Part shown: one piece after another, positions 10,256 to 20,244 of the stretch | Layout: every line of letters begins with the position of its first letter | Position numbering within the stretch: the first letter of the stretch is position 1 | Assembly: GCA_945788485.1 (NCBI GenBank) | Contig: CALZMB010000001.1 | Location: 1 to 46,296 of the forward strand | From: an uncultured bacterium | GTDB lineage: Bacteria; Bacteroidota; Bacteroidia; Bacteroidales; Bacteroidaceae | Reading direction: 5' to 3' | Length of the DNA stretch: 46,296 nucleotides | Notes under the pieces: generated by a model | What the model was told of the DNA's origin: nothing | The model's database searches: none | The model's input: the letters and a program-made list of their open reading frames with translations, nothing else | Program-made: the position numbers and the translations under genes

Positions 10256-11530
10256 ATGAGAAAGAAATATAAACAGAGAATATTAGACAAACTGTTGGTG
10301 CGCAAACTCGCGGGAAAAGGGGCCGTTTTATTGGAGGGAGCAAAATGGTGCGGGAAGACAACTACAGCCGAGCAGATTGCCAAAAGCGTGCTGTATATGT
10401 CGGAAACGGGCAAAGTTGAACAAAACATACAACTTGCCAGTGTCAACCCGAGACTATTGCTGCAAGGCGACAAGCCACGCTTGATAGATGAATGGCAGTT
10501 GGCGCCTACGTTATGGGATGGCATCAGGTTTGAGGCTGACCATGCAGACGAATTGGGATTGTACATCCTGACAGGCTCAAGCGTCCCGGCAGACATGAGC
10601 AATGTGATTCACACCGGCACGGGACGTTTCGGGTGGCTGAAGATGCGCCCGATGACTTTGTGGGAATCAGAAGAGTCATCGGGAGAGGTGTCACTGAAAT
10701 CTCTCTTTGAGAAAAAAGACATTGCCGGCATAGCCAAGATTGACTTTGAAGCTGTGGCGTTTGCGGCTTGCCGCGGAGGATGGCCCTTAGCCGTAGGCAT
10801 GGAAAAAGACATTGCCCTTGACCAAGCGTTCGACTATCTGGATGCTGTGGAACAGCGCGACATACAAATGGCTGACGGCATTATGCGCAATCCGTCACGC
10901 GTACACCGGCTTTTGAGGTCGTATGCAAGACACCAGGGCGCGCAAGCTAACTATGCCACCATCGGCGCTGACCTGAAGGCAAATGAAGGAGACAGCATAG
11001 ACAACGACACAATAGCTTCATACATAAATGCCTTGAAACGCATTTTTGTGGTTGAAGATGTGGCGGCATGGAATCCCAATCTGAGGTCTAAAACTGCTAT
11101 TCGGACTTCTGACACAAGATATTTCACAGACCCGTCAATAGCGACAGCTGCATTAGGACTCGGACCCTCAGACCTTATTTCAGACCTTGAAACATTCGGC
11201 CTCGTCTTTGAGACGCTGTGCATGAGAGACCTGCGGGTTTATGCCGAAGCGTTGCAAGGCACCGTTTACCACTATAGAGACAAGAACGGCTTGGAGTGTG
11301 ATGCCGTGGTGCATCTGCGCGACGGCAGCTACGGGCTTGTCGAGATCAAGCTCGGCGGCGACAAACTGATTCAAGACGGGGTGAAAACCTTGACTGCCCT
11401 GTCTGCAAAAATTGACACTGAAAGAATGAAGAAGCCGTCTTTCCGTATGGTGCTCACAGCAAGCGGGACGTATGCCTACAGGCGGGAAGACGACGTTTAT
11501 GTAGTGCCTGTCTCATGCCTGAAAGACTGA
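10256..11530 (+). CDS. AAA_14 family ATPase with DUF4143 domain
   Basis: Walker A GAKWCGKTT, Walker B LIDEWQ, YILTGS, RYFTDPSIA, FETLCMRDL, ECDAV...LVEIKLG. Likely start is ATG 10256 (MRKKY). Confidence 0.9.
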   Translation: MRKKYKQRILDKLLVRKLAGKGAVLLEGAKWCGKTTTAEQIAKSVLYMSETGKVEQNIQLASVNPRLLLQGDKPRLIDEWQLAPTLWDGIRFEADHADELGLYILTGSSVPADMSNVIHTGTGRFGWLKMRPMTLWESEESSGEVSLKSLFEKKDIAGIAKIDFEAVAFAACRGGWPLAVGMEKDIALDQAFDYLDAVEQRDIQMADGIMRNPSRVHRLLRSYARHQGAQANYATIGADLKANEGDSIDNDTIASYINALKRIFVVEDVAAWNPNLRSKTAIRTSDTRYFTDPSIATAALGLGPSDLISDLETFGLVFETLCMRDLRVYAEALQGTVYHYRDKNGLECDAVVHLRDGSYGLVEIKLGGDKLIQDGVKTLTALSAKIDTERMKKPSFRMVLTASGTYAYRREDDVYVVPVSCLKD

Positions 11531-11564
11531 AGGCGGGGCCTGCCATCTTCATATCAATACAAGA

Positions 11565-11639
11565 CAGGATGGCAAGAACTACAATCCTGCCATCCTGCTC
11601 AATCTTATCAAGCAAACATCTATGGGCAATATGTTTGCT
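11565..11639. terminator. Two hairpins between convergent genes
   Basis: caggatggca (11565-74) / tgccatcctg (11588-97) and agcaaacat (11611-19) / atgtttgct (11631-39). Confidence 0.5.
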
Positions 11640-11644
11640 GAAAA

Positions 11645-12546
11645 CTAACTAATCCTTTCACCTTTACCATTCAGTATCACGCCATCTTCGTCATTGTCCT
11701 TGCAAAGGTACATGTCATATCCTATTGCCTTGATGCTGCAATATGAAGGAGGCGTGATGACCTTGCCGTCAGCCGTCATCAGTCCGTACCATCCGCTTTC
11801 TGCCTCGTAGCAACGGCATTTCGCAATCTTCTCTACTGGTATCGGCGCGGTGTCTTCGGTCTCTTTGACGAGTGTGCCTTCGTCATTGTACTCCTTGTAT
11901 GTGTTGTAGCGCAACTCGTCTGATTCGTAGGTCAGCTGTGTCACGTCATTGATGTAGAAATCATTGACAATCTTGCCGCTATGATCGTAGCGCTGAATGA
12001 TGTGGCTGCTCAGAGTGACGCTGATGAATTCGTCACCTACCCATATTTGGCCTTTCGTGAACGGGATGACGGTGTTCAGCGTGCTGTCCAACACGCTCTT
12101 GCCCTCTCCGTTATCGACAACCCAGAAGTTCCCGGAAGATTCGATGGAGAAATATTCTGGCTTCAACACCCACTTGCCCTGCTTGTCCAACAGTCCGAAA
12201 CGGTCACGGCGTTCGTTGTGGACAATGCAGCGGTTGTTGTGGAACACATAGCCTTCGGCTCCGGGGATATAAGGAATCCGCGGGTCTATCACCACCTTGC
12301 CCGACGCGTCGATGAACTTTATCCAGCCTCCGTCATCCACCGATGCCAGTCCATCGGAGAAAATCCACGCATGGCTGTACTTCGGCTCTATGACAGGCTT
12401 GCCGGTGAACATATTGAAATAGCCGCGCTTCTTGCCGTCGCTGTAGCATACCAACGAGTCCGTGCCCAACGGCTTGGCTATCCATTTGATGCCCGTGATG
12501 GTCTTCTTGCCGTCAGAGGTTTTCAGGTATCCGTCCTCGTCGTAGT
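11645..12546 (-). pseudogene. WG-repeat (WG_beta_rep) protein, 5'-truncated
   Basis: KRGYFN...VIEPKY...FSDGLASV...FIDASGKVVI, RFGLLDKQGKWVLKPEY, WYGLMTADGKVITPPSY. The ORF-track N-terminus is an off-frame read of the IS110 fragment. Confidence 0.8.
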
Positions 12547-12950
12547 AGGTCACAGAGCTCGCGCTGTTCCTTCGGATGGATGAAACTGCCTTTGAGAAGC
12601 CCCGCGCGGAGAAGCTTGCATATCCAGGCGGAGTCCTTCTTGTCTGTCTTGTGCCCGGGAACATACTTGATGTGGCGGGCATTGACCACAAGTAGCGTCA
12701 GACCTTCACATTCCAGGATGTTGAACACTGGCTTCCAATAAACTCCAGTACTTTCCATCGCAACATGGGTGACACCTAATGACAATAGCCATTCTTTCAA
12801 TTCTGTCAATGAACGAGTCGTGGACTTGAAGGTGCGGGTCTCGCGATTGATGCCTTCGCCTTCCACTGTCGCCACTATCTCCACTTTGTGAACATCCAAA
12901 CCGCAGCAGCGGAGAGCTACAGGTCCGTATTCTACGTTATGCTGTGCCAT
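12545..12950 (-). mobile_element. IS110-family transposase N-terminal fragment (DEDD RuvC-like domain), truncated
   Basis: CCGLDVHK...VAMESTGVYWKPVFNIL...VVNARHIKYVPGHKTDKKDSAWICKLLRAGLLKGSF...QRELCDL. Stops after ~140 aa; C-terminal domain absent. Confidence 0.92.
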
Positions 12951-13084
12951 ATTATCGTCAATTAAAGGTTGTGGCGACAAAGGTAATCAAATACTTGCAC
13001 ATAAGTGCAGATAGTGATCACTTTGCATTCCCTTTGACGATCAGAAGGCCTCATGTTCGTTTCATAAACCAAATAATGTTTCTT

Positions 13085-13669
13085 CTACATATTGCTTTTT
13101 TGAAGAAAATCATGTATGTTATCAATATCGTCTTGAGAAAGTTCTTCAGTATTGATTTCAATTTTATGACCTTGTGTTGATATAAACGAAATAATCTCAT
13201 TGTTTCTTCTATTATTCTTTCTTTCAATTTTTACAGAATCTGTATCTAATTCTATTTTATTATACACGCCAAAAAGTGTCGATTTTGAAATATACAGCTC
13301 ATTATTATATAACAGAATACAACGCCTTCTGCAAATCGTTAATATCATATTTATAATGAATATTACGATTCCAAAAACAGAAATAACAAAGAAATATTCT
13401 ATATCATCATCCCCAGAACAGAAAAAGCCAAGAAATGAAGTCATAACCAGAAAGATTATCACCGATGCCGTGATTCTATATGGGACAATCATCCAAGAAT
13501 AATTGACTCTTTTCTTCGCTTGCTTCTTTAATACGTTGACAACTAAGTTCTCACTTGGCAATCCAAGCAGCATTGAAACACAGAAAGCAAGTCCCAAATA
13601 ACACCATCCCCATACTGACACTTGCGAAAGGTGAATAATTAGCTGCTCATAATTTCTAACCCTAATCAT
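13085..13669 (-). CDS. AT-rich hypothetical membrane protein (about 3 TM segments plus a soluble C-terminal domain)
   Basis: 194-aa ORF with three hydrophobic stretches; no family recognised. Confidence 0.6.
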   Translation of the reverse strand: MIRVRNYEQLIIHLSQVSVWGWCYLGLAFCVSMLLGLPSENLVVNVLKKQAKKRVNYSWMIVPYRITASVIIFLVMTSFLGFFCSGDDDIEYFFVISVFGIVIFIINMILTICRRRCILLYNNELYISKSTLFGVYNKIELDTDSVKIERKNNRRNNEIISFISTQGHKIEINTEELSQDDIDNIHDFLQKSNM

Positions 13670-14004
13670 TTTATCAAAAAAACTGAACGATGCAAAGTTG
13701 ATTTAGCAAAAAAATGGAAGTGCAGATAATCCGGCATTGGCGGAAAGGCCACCAAAGAGGGTATGCCCATCCACATTCAAGCAGTTTGCTGCGGGTATCA
13801 ATACGCCGATAAAAATAACAAACCTTGTTCTCGAAATCATAGTTTCTTATAATACCTTATTACAGGTTTTTGAATTTGACAGTGCAAAGGTAGTAACTAG
13901 AGTTTCCTACACCATCAGAAGCATCTGTAGTGGGGGCATACCCTTAAACTTTTCATGTTAAACAATTCACCTTTAGGCATTTCGCTCTTTCTGCTTAAAA
14001 AGCG

Positions 14005-14625
14005 TTAACACCTATGTCGTTCTTTGAAATCTTGATTAATTCTGAGGATGCATTCCAAATCATTTCTTGTTTCTTTGTCTGCCATCACTCTCTCAAGCAG
14101 GTCGTCCAGCGTTGAATCAAGGAGGCTGGCAATCTTTTCCAGCAATTCTGCTATTATCGGAAGCAGACGCTCAATGAATGTCAGTTCAAGCAATTCTTCC
14201 TTGATGTCACGGAATAGTTCACCGAAGGTTTCATTGTCGGAGAATCTCTTATGCAGCGATATGACCGTGTACCCGATGAACGTCAAGGTACAATCGGCGA
14301 TCTGTGCGTTGAGGTCTGTGCCTGGCATTTGCCGAGCTCGAAATGCTGTTTGCATTCGTAGAACAGCACTTCTATATTCCAGCGTATCTGGTAGCACTCA
14401 AAGGCACCTTTGAACGGCAGTTTCATGTCTGTCGTTACCATAACCTCGTACTTGCCGCTCTTGCCATAGCGGATAATGAACAACTGGACAGGTATGCCAT
14501 TGTACTCAGCCTTAATTCTGGCATAGCGGCTCTTGTATTGCTGGCACGTCTTGAAACCTATGCGTTCCTGCCTCCGTATGAGCAGCTTTGCGGAAATTCG
14601 CTTGCCGTCTACAGTAATGCCGGTG
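14005..14625 (-). mobile_element. IS4-like DDE transposase C-terminal remnant, frameshifted
   Basis: YQIRWNIEVLFYECKQHFELGKCQ (YREK-type motif) continues in another frame near 14320 as TDLNAQIADCTL...KRFSDNETFGELFR; N-terminal half missing. Confidence 0.85.
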
Positions 14626-14725
14626 TTTTTAAATACTTGACTTTCGGATATATAGTTTAACAAAACATTTCATGCCTATCAATTTTGTAACCATTTTTCA
14701 TATCAAACTATAGTTACAAGAGGCA

Positions 14726-16087
14726 TCATTTTATTTTTTTCAGGTCACTTGTCACAGTTTTAATCATCTTCCTCGCATCTTCAGAAGGTTCTCCGTTTTG
14801 CTTCGTCTCGATGATTTTGCTGGTGCGTATCTTTTTCTCGACTTCTTTCAGCTTATTAATGTTCTGCTGATACTGGTTTTTGCACTTACCAATGTCGTTA
14901 ATGATTTTATTTTGTCTGTCACGTTTGATTCTTATGATTTGTTTTGTATCTCCATTGTTTTCATTCTGCAGATTATTGACTTCTTTTAGAATGTCATTGA
15001 TATATTTATCACTGCTCCTGTCAACCATGTCTTTCAAAACTTTTATGCTGTCCTCATAGACTTTGTTCCTGCGTTTTTCGTATTCAAAGTTCAGCCTTTG
15101 TTCGTCTGGCTGTCCTTTTTCGGGTTTCTTTGTCACCTCGTAAGGATAATACACAGGCTTGTCTTCTTTTCCCTCAGCGAGAAGGAATATGTTGAGGACT
15201 ATGCTTGCCAAACAAAGGAATGAAAGCAAAGGTATGAGGATTTTTCGCTTTTTTTTCTCCTTGCCTTTATTTTTTTCCTTGTCATGTTGTATATTCTTTG
15301 TATCGTTATCATAACTCAACGGCTGTTTCTCGTTTTTGTAGTTTATTTTTACGATACAGAGAGACAGGTTGTCGTAATCTGCTTCGGCATTAGCCTCGAT
15401 ATCATTCAACAGAGAGTGTACGTTGTCTTTGATATCGCCTTTCTGACAGAATCTGCTTGTCAGCATGTTTTCCGGGAGTTTTCCCCATACACCGTCCGTA
15501 CACAACACGATGCGGTCTCCCTGTTGTAGCAGCGAGGTATCAGTTTCCGGCTCGATGTCATCAGATATTCCAAGCACCTTTGTTATGACGTTCGACATTT
15601 CAGCTCTGCGTGCCTCCTCTTCCGTGAGTTCGCCGTTTCTAACCATTTCGCCGACAACAGAGTGGTCAGCTGTGCGCATGACGGTTGTCATATCCCTGAG
15701 ATGATACAAACGGCTGTCACCGACATGTACGGCAATGAGTTTACGCGCCGTAACGAGAACGGCGACGCACGTTGTCCCCATGCCCAATAGCTGTCTGTTT
15801 TCCTTGACATGATTTCTCAGGCAATGATTAGCATAGCGCACCGCTTCTGTCAAAACTGTATCGGGTGTTTTAGCCTGCGGCGCATTCTTGACATAGCGTT
15901 GAATTGCCTGTGCGGCGAGCGACGATGCAAGCGCTCCGGCAGGTCCGCCTCCCATTCCGTCACAAACGACTGTAAGCAGTCCGAAATGCGTGTCCTGAAA
16001 GAGGCAATAGTCCTGGTTCTCTTTTCTGCCGCCTTGTCTTGATTCCATATACAAGGTGCAGTGCCATTTGCTTCTGTAAATATCCAT
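14726..16087 (-). CDS. PP2C (PPM) Ser/Thr phosphatase with TM helix and coiled-coil C-terminal domain
   Basis: GGRKENQD, VVCDGMGG, GMGTT, HVGDSR, LCTDG, DNLS; TM ILIPLLSFLCLASIVLNIFLL. Confidence 0.95.
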   Translation of the reverse strand: MDIYRSKWHCTLYMESRQGGRKENQDYCLFQDTHFGLLTVVCDGMGGGPAGALASSLAAQAIQRYVKNAPQAKTPDTVLTEAVRYANHCLRNHVKENRQLLGMGTTCVAVLVTARKLIAVHVGDSRLYHLRDMTTVMRTADHSVVGEMVRNGELTEEEARRAEMSNVITKVLGISDDIEPETDTSLLQQGDRIVLCTDGVWGKLPENMLTSRFCQKGDIKDNVHSLLNDIEANAEADYDNLSLCIVKINYKNEKQPLSYDNDTKNIQHDKEKNKGKEKKKRKILIPLLSFLCLASIVLNIFLLAEGKEDKPVYYPYEVTKKPEKGQPDEQRLNFEYEKRRNKVYEDSIKVLKDMVDRSSDKYINDILKEVNNLQNENNGDTKQIIRIKRDRQNKIINDIGKCKNQYQQNINKLKEVEKKIRTSKIIETKQNGEPSEDARKMIKTVTSDLKKIK

Positions 16088-16096
16088 GTCTGTTTG

Positions 16097-16495
16097 TCAG
16101 ATAAAGAAAGCGTCATCTTGAGCATCATCACCCCCATTGCACTCATCGGCATTGTCAATGCCGTAGTCGTCAGTGTCCGTCTGCTCGTCAGAGATGTCAT
16201 CTCCATCATAAGGTTCTACGTCATCGTATGGTTCTACATCATCATTGTCTCCGACATAAGGCAGTTCAAAATCCTCCTGCAGTTCTGCAGGCATCTCGTA
16301 ACCATCGGTCATGAGATCCTCGTATGTCTCTTCCGTCTGGTCGTTGGCATCCATCAGCTCTTGTATCTCTGGATTTCCGGCAGCCATTTCCATGAATCTG
16401 TCCTCTTCCTCAAGACTCAGTGCCCCGTCGAGCCATGCAGCGAACTGCTCTTCAGAGACCATGAGGTCATTGTCGTAATCGAAATTGTTGTCCAT
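16097..16495 (-). CDS. Small acidic protein, putative anti-sigma factor (ASD-like N-terminus)
   Basis: EEQFAAWLDGALSLEE resembles the start of zf-HC2/anti-sigma domains; begins 1 nt after the sigma stop; very D/E-rich tail. Confidence 0.55.
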   Translation of the reverse strand: MDNNFDYDNDLMVSEEQFAAWLDGALSLEEEDRFMEMAAGNPEIQELMDANDQTEETYEDLMTDGYEMPAELQEDFELPYVGDNDDVEPYDDVEPYDGDDISDEQTDTDDYGIDNADECNGGDDAQDDAFFI

Positions 16496-16496
16496 A

Positions 16497-17096
16497 TCAC
16501 ATCTCCTTTAGAATTGTCCTTTGATATTGTTCTTTTGCCAGCTTATGCTTGTTATAGAACGTGTTCATATTCATCCCCATGAGTTCGGCTGTCTCCTCAT
16601 TGCTATGTCCTTCAAGATAACGGAGCCTAATGAGATGGCTGTATCTCTTGTTGGGCATGAGTTTGAGAATTGTCTCAACATCATTACGGCTCAAAGAGGA
16701 TGTGTCCATGTTTATTGATTCCGGAAGTGTGTCTAATCTTACACCGTAGTCATCATTTTTTTCGGAAATTCTGTCGAATCTCACTTTCTGCTTTCTTTTG
16801 TATTTCTTATAGCAATAGAACAGACAGACGGTCTTGAGCCATGTGAAGAGTGTGCTTTCGAACTTGAATTTCTCGAGTTTGCACAATCCTGTGTCAATAT
16901 CTGGCATGAGGATATGCAGATAGATGTCATTCATGAATTCCACACAAGAGTCACAATCCGTGTGATAGTTGTCAAAAACGGATTTGAAGAGTGGGTAGCA
17001 TTTTCTGTAGAAGAATTCTCGCGTCACCCTGCCGTTACGCTCAAGCAGAGCATTGACGATTTCGTGGTCGTCGTATTCAGTGTTTTCGAAAAACAT
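16497..17096 (-). CDS. ECF-type sigma-70 factor
   Basis: Region 2 (KFKFESTLFTWLKTVC) and region 4 HTH (LIRLRYLEGHSNEETAELMGMNMNTFYNKHKLAK). Confidence 0.88.
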   Translation of the reverse strand: MFFENTEYDDHEIVNALLERNGRVTREFFYRKCYPLFKSVFDNYHTDCDSCVEFMNDIYLHILMPDIDTGLCKLEKFKFESTLFTWLKTVCLFYCYKKYKRKQKVRFDRISEKNDDYGVRLDTLPESINMDTSSLSRNDVETILKLMPNKRYSHLIRLRYLEGHSNEETAELMGMNMNTFYNKHKLAKEQYQRTILKEM

Positions 17097-17156
17097 TGTC
17101 TCAGAGGTTTGTGTATCGGTATTGGAGGTGTGTGTTTATGCCATGTACAGCAGTCA

Positions 17157-18020
17157 CTACTGCAGCTCTTCACTGCGTATGGTGATTTCGCACAGCAGCT
17201 CGCCGTTCATGTCATAATACACGTGTCTGAACATATATCCGGCATTTACCCATTTGGAGACAAGGCTACTGCTGTTGACGGTTTTTTTCTGTTCCTGTAC
17301 CAGTAAGTCTCTTACCGAAGCAATGAAAGTGGACATATTCTCTTCCGATATGCTGTTCTTGTCCAAGTCAAGCACTTTCTTTTCATAAACAATGCATCGA
17401 TTCTCTTCGATAAAAGAGACACCCATAAACTGTTCGCCATCCGTGACATAAGGTTTTTTCTTCAATAGTGAATCTGTAGTTTTGACAAAATTTGCCGTTT
17501 CTTCCTCAAGGTTCTTGAATTTATTGGCGACATGTTTTTTCCATTTGATGGATTGCCATATTTCCGGCAGTCTCGACTTGCGTCCCGGGGTATATGCTCC
17601 GAAGCACATTATTGTAGCGTCGCCTTCATTGAAAGCATATATGGTGCCTTTATACATATTCCCGTTTACCCTGTTCTGGAAATCGGCGGCATACACGTCT
17701 TTACCCATGAATGTGGCTGGATGGATTTCTCCTGCCGTCGCACCTTTAATGTAAATCATCGTGCTGTTTTTCAACTGATTTGTGATGAAAATAACCGGGT
17801 CTATTTTGTAGTCATATCCAAGAACCATACCTATGTTATAGAGAAATGTGCCAGTGTTGTTGAAACCAACCACTTCACAACCAACTCCTGGTATGTCTTT
17901 TTTATACACTTCCCATCCCTGCGGGACATTGACGGACAAGTAACTGTTCTCAACGATTTTTTGCGCTGAAACAGACATACTGACGAGCAGTGTCAGTAGT
18001 ATAGCCAATACTTTTTTCAT
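17157..18020 (-). CDS. Exported two-domain protein (PsbP-like N-domain; GspS/AspS-like C-domain, tentative)
   Basis: Signal peptide ending VSA|Q; SVNVPQGW start; C-terminus GYMFRHVYYDMNGELLCEITIRSEEL. Confidence 0.6.
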   Translation of the reverse strand: MKKVLAILLTLLVSMSVSAQKIVENSYLSVNVPQGWEVYKKDIPGVGCEVVGFNNTGTFLYNIGMVLGYDYKIDPVIFITNQLKNSTMIYIKGATAGEIHPATFMGKDVYAADFQNRVNGNMYKGTIYAFNEGDATIMCFGAYTPGRKSRLPEIWQSIKWKKHVANKFKNLEEETANFVKTTDSLLKKKPYVTDGEQFMGVSFIEENRCIVYEKKVLDLDKNSISEENMSTFIASVRDLLVQEQKKTVNSSSLVSKWVNAGYMFRHVYYDMNGELLCEITIRSEELQ

Positions 18021-18032
18021 TATTGAATGGTG

Positions 18033-18659
18033 TCAGAGTTTCAGAATGTTCTTTATTTTGAATTTGCTTGCCTGATATACCATCAGTTCGGCACGTTTGC
18101 CTTTGCATGTGACGACGACAGTACCCGAACGCTCCTCGTCGCCCTTATTTGCTTCTGCGGTGAGCGTGAGTGTGTTGCCGTTTCTCGTGATCTGAATCCA
18201 TTCTGGAGCCGTATAGTTCCAACTGTCATAATTGCAAGTGACAACCACCTGATGATTGTCTTTCTTTTTCCCGCCCGACTTGAATTCAAGGGAAGAGACG
18301 GACAGCGACAATTTCACTGGTTCTGTAGTCTGAGGATCTACCTTATAGACGGTGTCCTTTTCTTCTTTTTTTTGAGGGTTTGGGGTTGATTTTGGGGTTG
18401 GTTTGTGCTTTCTTATGTATTCAATGTTTTTCCGACAACCAGCAATCTGGTTGTCACAGTCATTTTTTCTTGCTTGAGAATCAAATGCTTTCTTTGCCTT
18501 AGTATATTTTTCTATTGCTTTGTTCTGTGCAGCCACAGTCATTGTAAGCTGCAGTTTCTGTCCCTCGTTATACAGTTTCTGAGCGGCAGCCTGCGCAAGA
18601 CAGTCGATTGATATAGAGGAGAAAAAAATGATGAATAATAATGAAAGTATGTTTCTCAT
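18033..18659 (-). CDS. Exported protein with helical N-domain and C-terminal BACON domain
   Basis: Signal peptide; WNYTAPEWIQITRNGNTLTLTAEANKGDEERSGTVVVT...LMVYQA shows the BACON W/N/R/Q signature. Confidence 0.85.
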   Translation of the reverse strand: MRNILSLLFIIFFSSISIDCLAQAAAQKLYNEGQKLQLTMTVAAQNKAIEKYTKAKKAFDSQARKNDCDNQIAGCRKNIEYIRKHKPTPKSTPNPQKKEEKDTVYKVDPQTTEPVKLSLSVSSLEFKSGGKKKDNHQVVVTCNYDSWNYTAPEWIQITRNGNTLTLTAEANKGDEERSGTVVVTCKGKRAELMVYQASKFKIKNILKL

Positions 18660-18664
18660 ATCCT

Positions 18665-20077
18665 TTATTGTTTAATGGTGTTCTTTATTTTTTCAGCCCT
18701 GTCATAGAATTCCTTTGCTACGTCTGGCATATCTTCTGATTCGAAATCCTTTGCTTTCTGTTCAAATTCCGCCTGGGCTGCCGCAAGGGCATCTTTTGCC
18801 TTTTCTTTTTTCGTCACGATTTCTTTCGTGTCGGGTTTACCGGCTGTTATCTTCTCCATTGTGGCTATTGTATTCATATAGCCCTGATAAGCATCGATAT
18901 ATGCATTTTCGAAACCTTCGTCGTGTTTCTCGCCAACAGAGAAAGCGTCGTCAGAAGCTTTCAGCGTCTTTTGCGCATTGACTTTCAAAGAATCGTTTGT
19001 CGCCTGTTCAGCTATAGCAGCCTTTTCCATAGCAATCTGTTTGTTGCGGAATGTCACAGCACATACGATAGCGACAATCAGCACTGCGGCGGCCGCGAGC
19101 GACGAGATGAGGATTTTGGTGGATTTCGGCATATCTTTCTTCTTGCCGTCGAGATGTTCCATGGCGACTCTCATCTGCGATGCTGTCTGATATCTCACGT
19201 TCTGGTTCTTGTCCGTGGCACATTCTATGACATTCCGGATGCCCCGGTTCTTTATGACAGAGAGCGGAATCTTTTTGTGCAACTGCTTATCAAGCACCTC
19301 GTGAGTGGGACCTTCAAACGGCACATGGCCTACGACACACTGATATAGCAGTATGCCCATGGCATAGATGTCCGTGGTGCGGTTCTGGTGCTTCAGGTCG
19401 CCGACAGCGAGTTCCGGCGCGGCATATTCCGCCTTTCCCATGAACGAGCCGGCTGTTGTCAGTCCCCTGTCGTTTGTCGTCAATTTGTTCACCTGCTTCG
19501 CAATGCCGAAATCGATGAGTTTGATGTGCCCGTCGTCGGTGATCATGATGTTCGACGGGTCTATGTCGCGGTGGACATATCCGGCATCGTGCAGAGCCAC
19601 CAGTCCGTTCAGCACTTTTGTCACTATCTCTTTTGCGAAATGGACAGAATCTTTCTTATAGTCTTCATAGAGTTTTGCGGCGTATGTTATCTCCTTGCCT
19701 TCCTTGTCGGTGCATTTGCCTTCAAGGACATCAGAAAGCGAAACGCCATGCAGCAGTTCGCTGACGACATGATAGTGTTTTCTATTGTTCGGAGGAGTTC
19801 CTGTCTCCACCTCAACGAAGCCGAGCATCTCTACGAGATTGTCGTTGCGAAGCTGTATGGACGCTTCGCGTCTTGCGCGTTCTATAGCATGGAGGGGAAG
19901 GTCGTCGAAGAGGAATTTTATGGCTACAGGCCGTGAGATTTTCGAGATGATATCCACACATACACCTTTCATCACTTTTCCCATGCCGCCTTCGCCGATA
20001 CACGGGTCGTTGGTGTCCACCTCAAAATATATATTCTTTCTTTTCTCCTGTTCGCCTTGAAGTCTGATCTTTGCCAT
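18665..20077 (-). CDS. Membrane Hanks-type Ser/Thr kinase (HRDIDPSN variant) with helical extracytoplasmic domain
   Basis: IGEGGMGKV, VAIK, HRDIDPSN, DFG, YAAPE, DIYAMG; TM ILISSLAAAAVLIVAIVCAVTF. Start ATG 20077 (MAKIRLQG) chosen by match to the paralog at 41179. Confidence 0.95.
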   Translation of the reverse strand: MAKIRLQGEQEKRKNIYFEVDTNDPCIGEGGMGKVMKGVCVDIISKISRPVAIKFLFDDLPLHAIERARREASIQLRNDNLVEMLGFVEVETGTPPNNRKHYHVVSELLHGVSLSDVLEGKCTDKEGKEITYAAKLYEDYKKDSVHFAKEIVTKVLNGLVALHDAGYVHRDIDPSNIMITDDGHIKLIDFGIAKQVNKLTTNDRGLTTAGSFMGKAEYAAPELAVGDLKHQNRTTDIYAMGILLYQCVVGHVPFEGPTHEVLDKQLHKKIPLSVIKNRGIRNVIECATDKNQNVRYQTASQMRVAMEHLDGKKKDMPKSTKILISSLAAAAVLIVAIVCAVTFRNKQIAMEKAAIAEQATNDSLKVNAQKTLKASDDAFSVGEKHDEGFENAYIDAYQGYMNTIATMEKITAGKPDTKEIVTKKEKAKDALAAAQAEFEQKAKDFESEDMPDVAKEFYDRAEKIKNTIKQ

Positions 20078-20106
20078 ATTAATAATTTGTAAAGTAAACG
20101 CTACAA

Positions 20107-20125
20107 TCCTTGTCAGTGACAAGGA
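20107..20125. promoter_or_regulatory. Perfect 9-bp inverted repeat upstream of the kinase gene (operator-like)
   Basis: tccttgtca-g-tgacaagga, 30 nt upstream of the kinase ATG. Confidence 0.4.
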
Positions 20126-20244
20126 GTCAAGCCAGAAACGTATTGAGAACGATGTCTCATACACTGATTTCTGACCCAACTCCAAACTTCATCACTCAAG
20201 GATCTCACGTTGGAGACCCGTATTAATTCAAACATTTTCTGCCA

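Noticed and set aside
12950-13085. IS110 bridge RNA
   Set aside because: The element is truncated and I cannot identify its ends or a bridge-RNA fold by eye; only a TAnnTTTG promoter-like motif (12978-12985) is visible.
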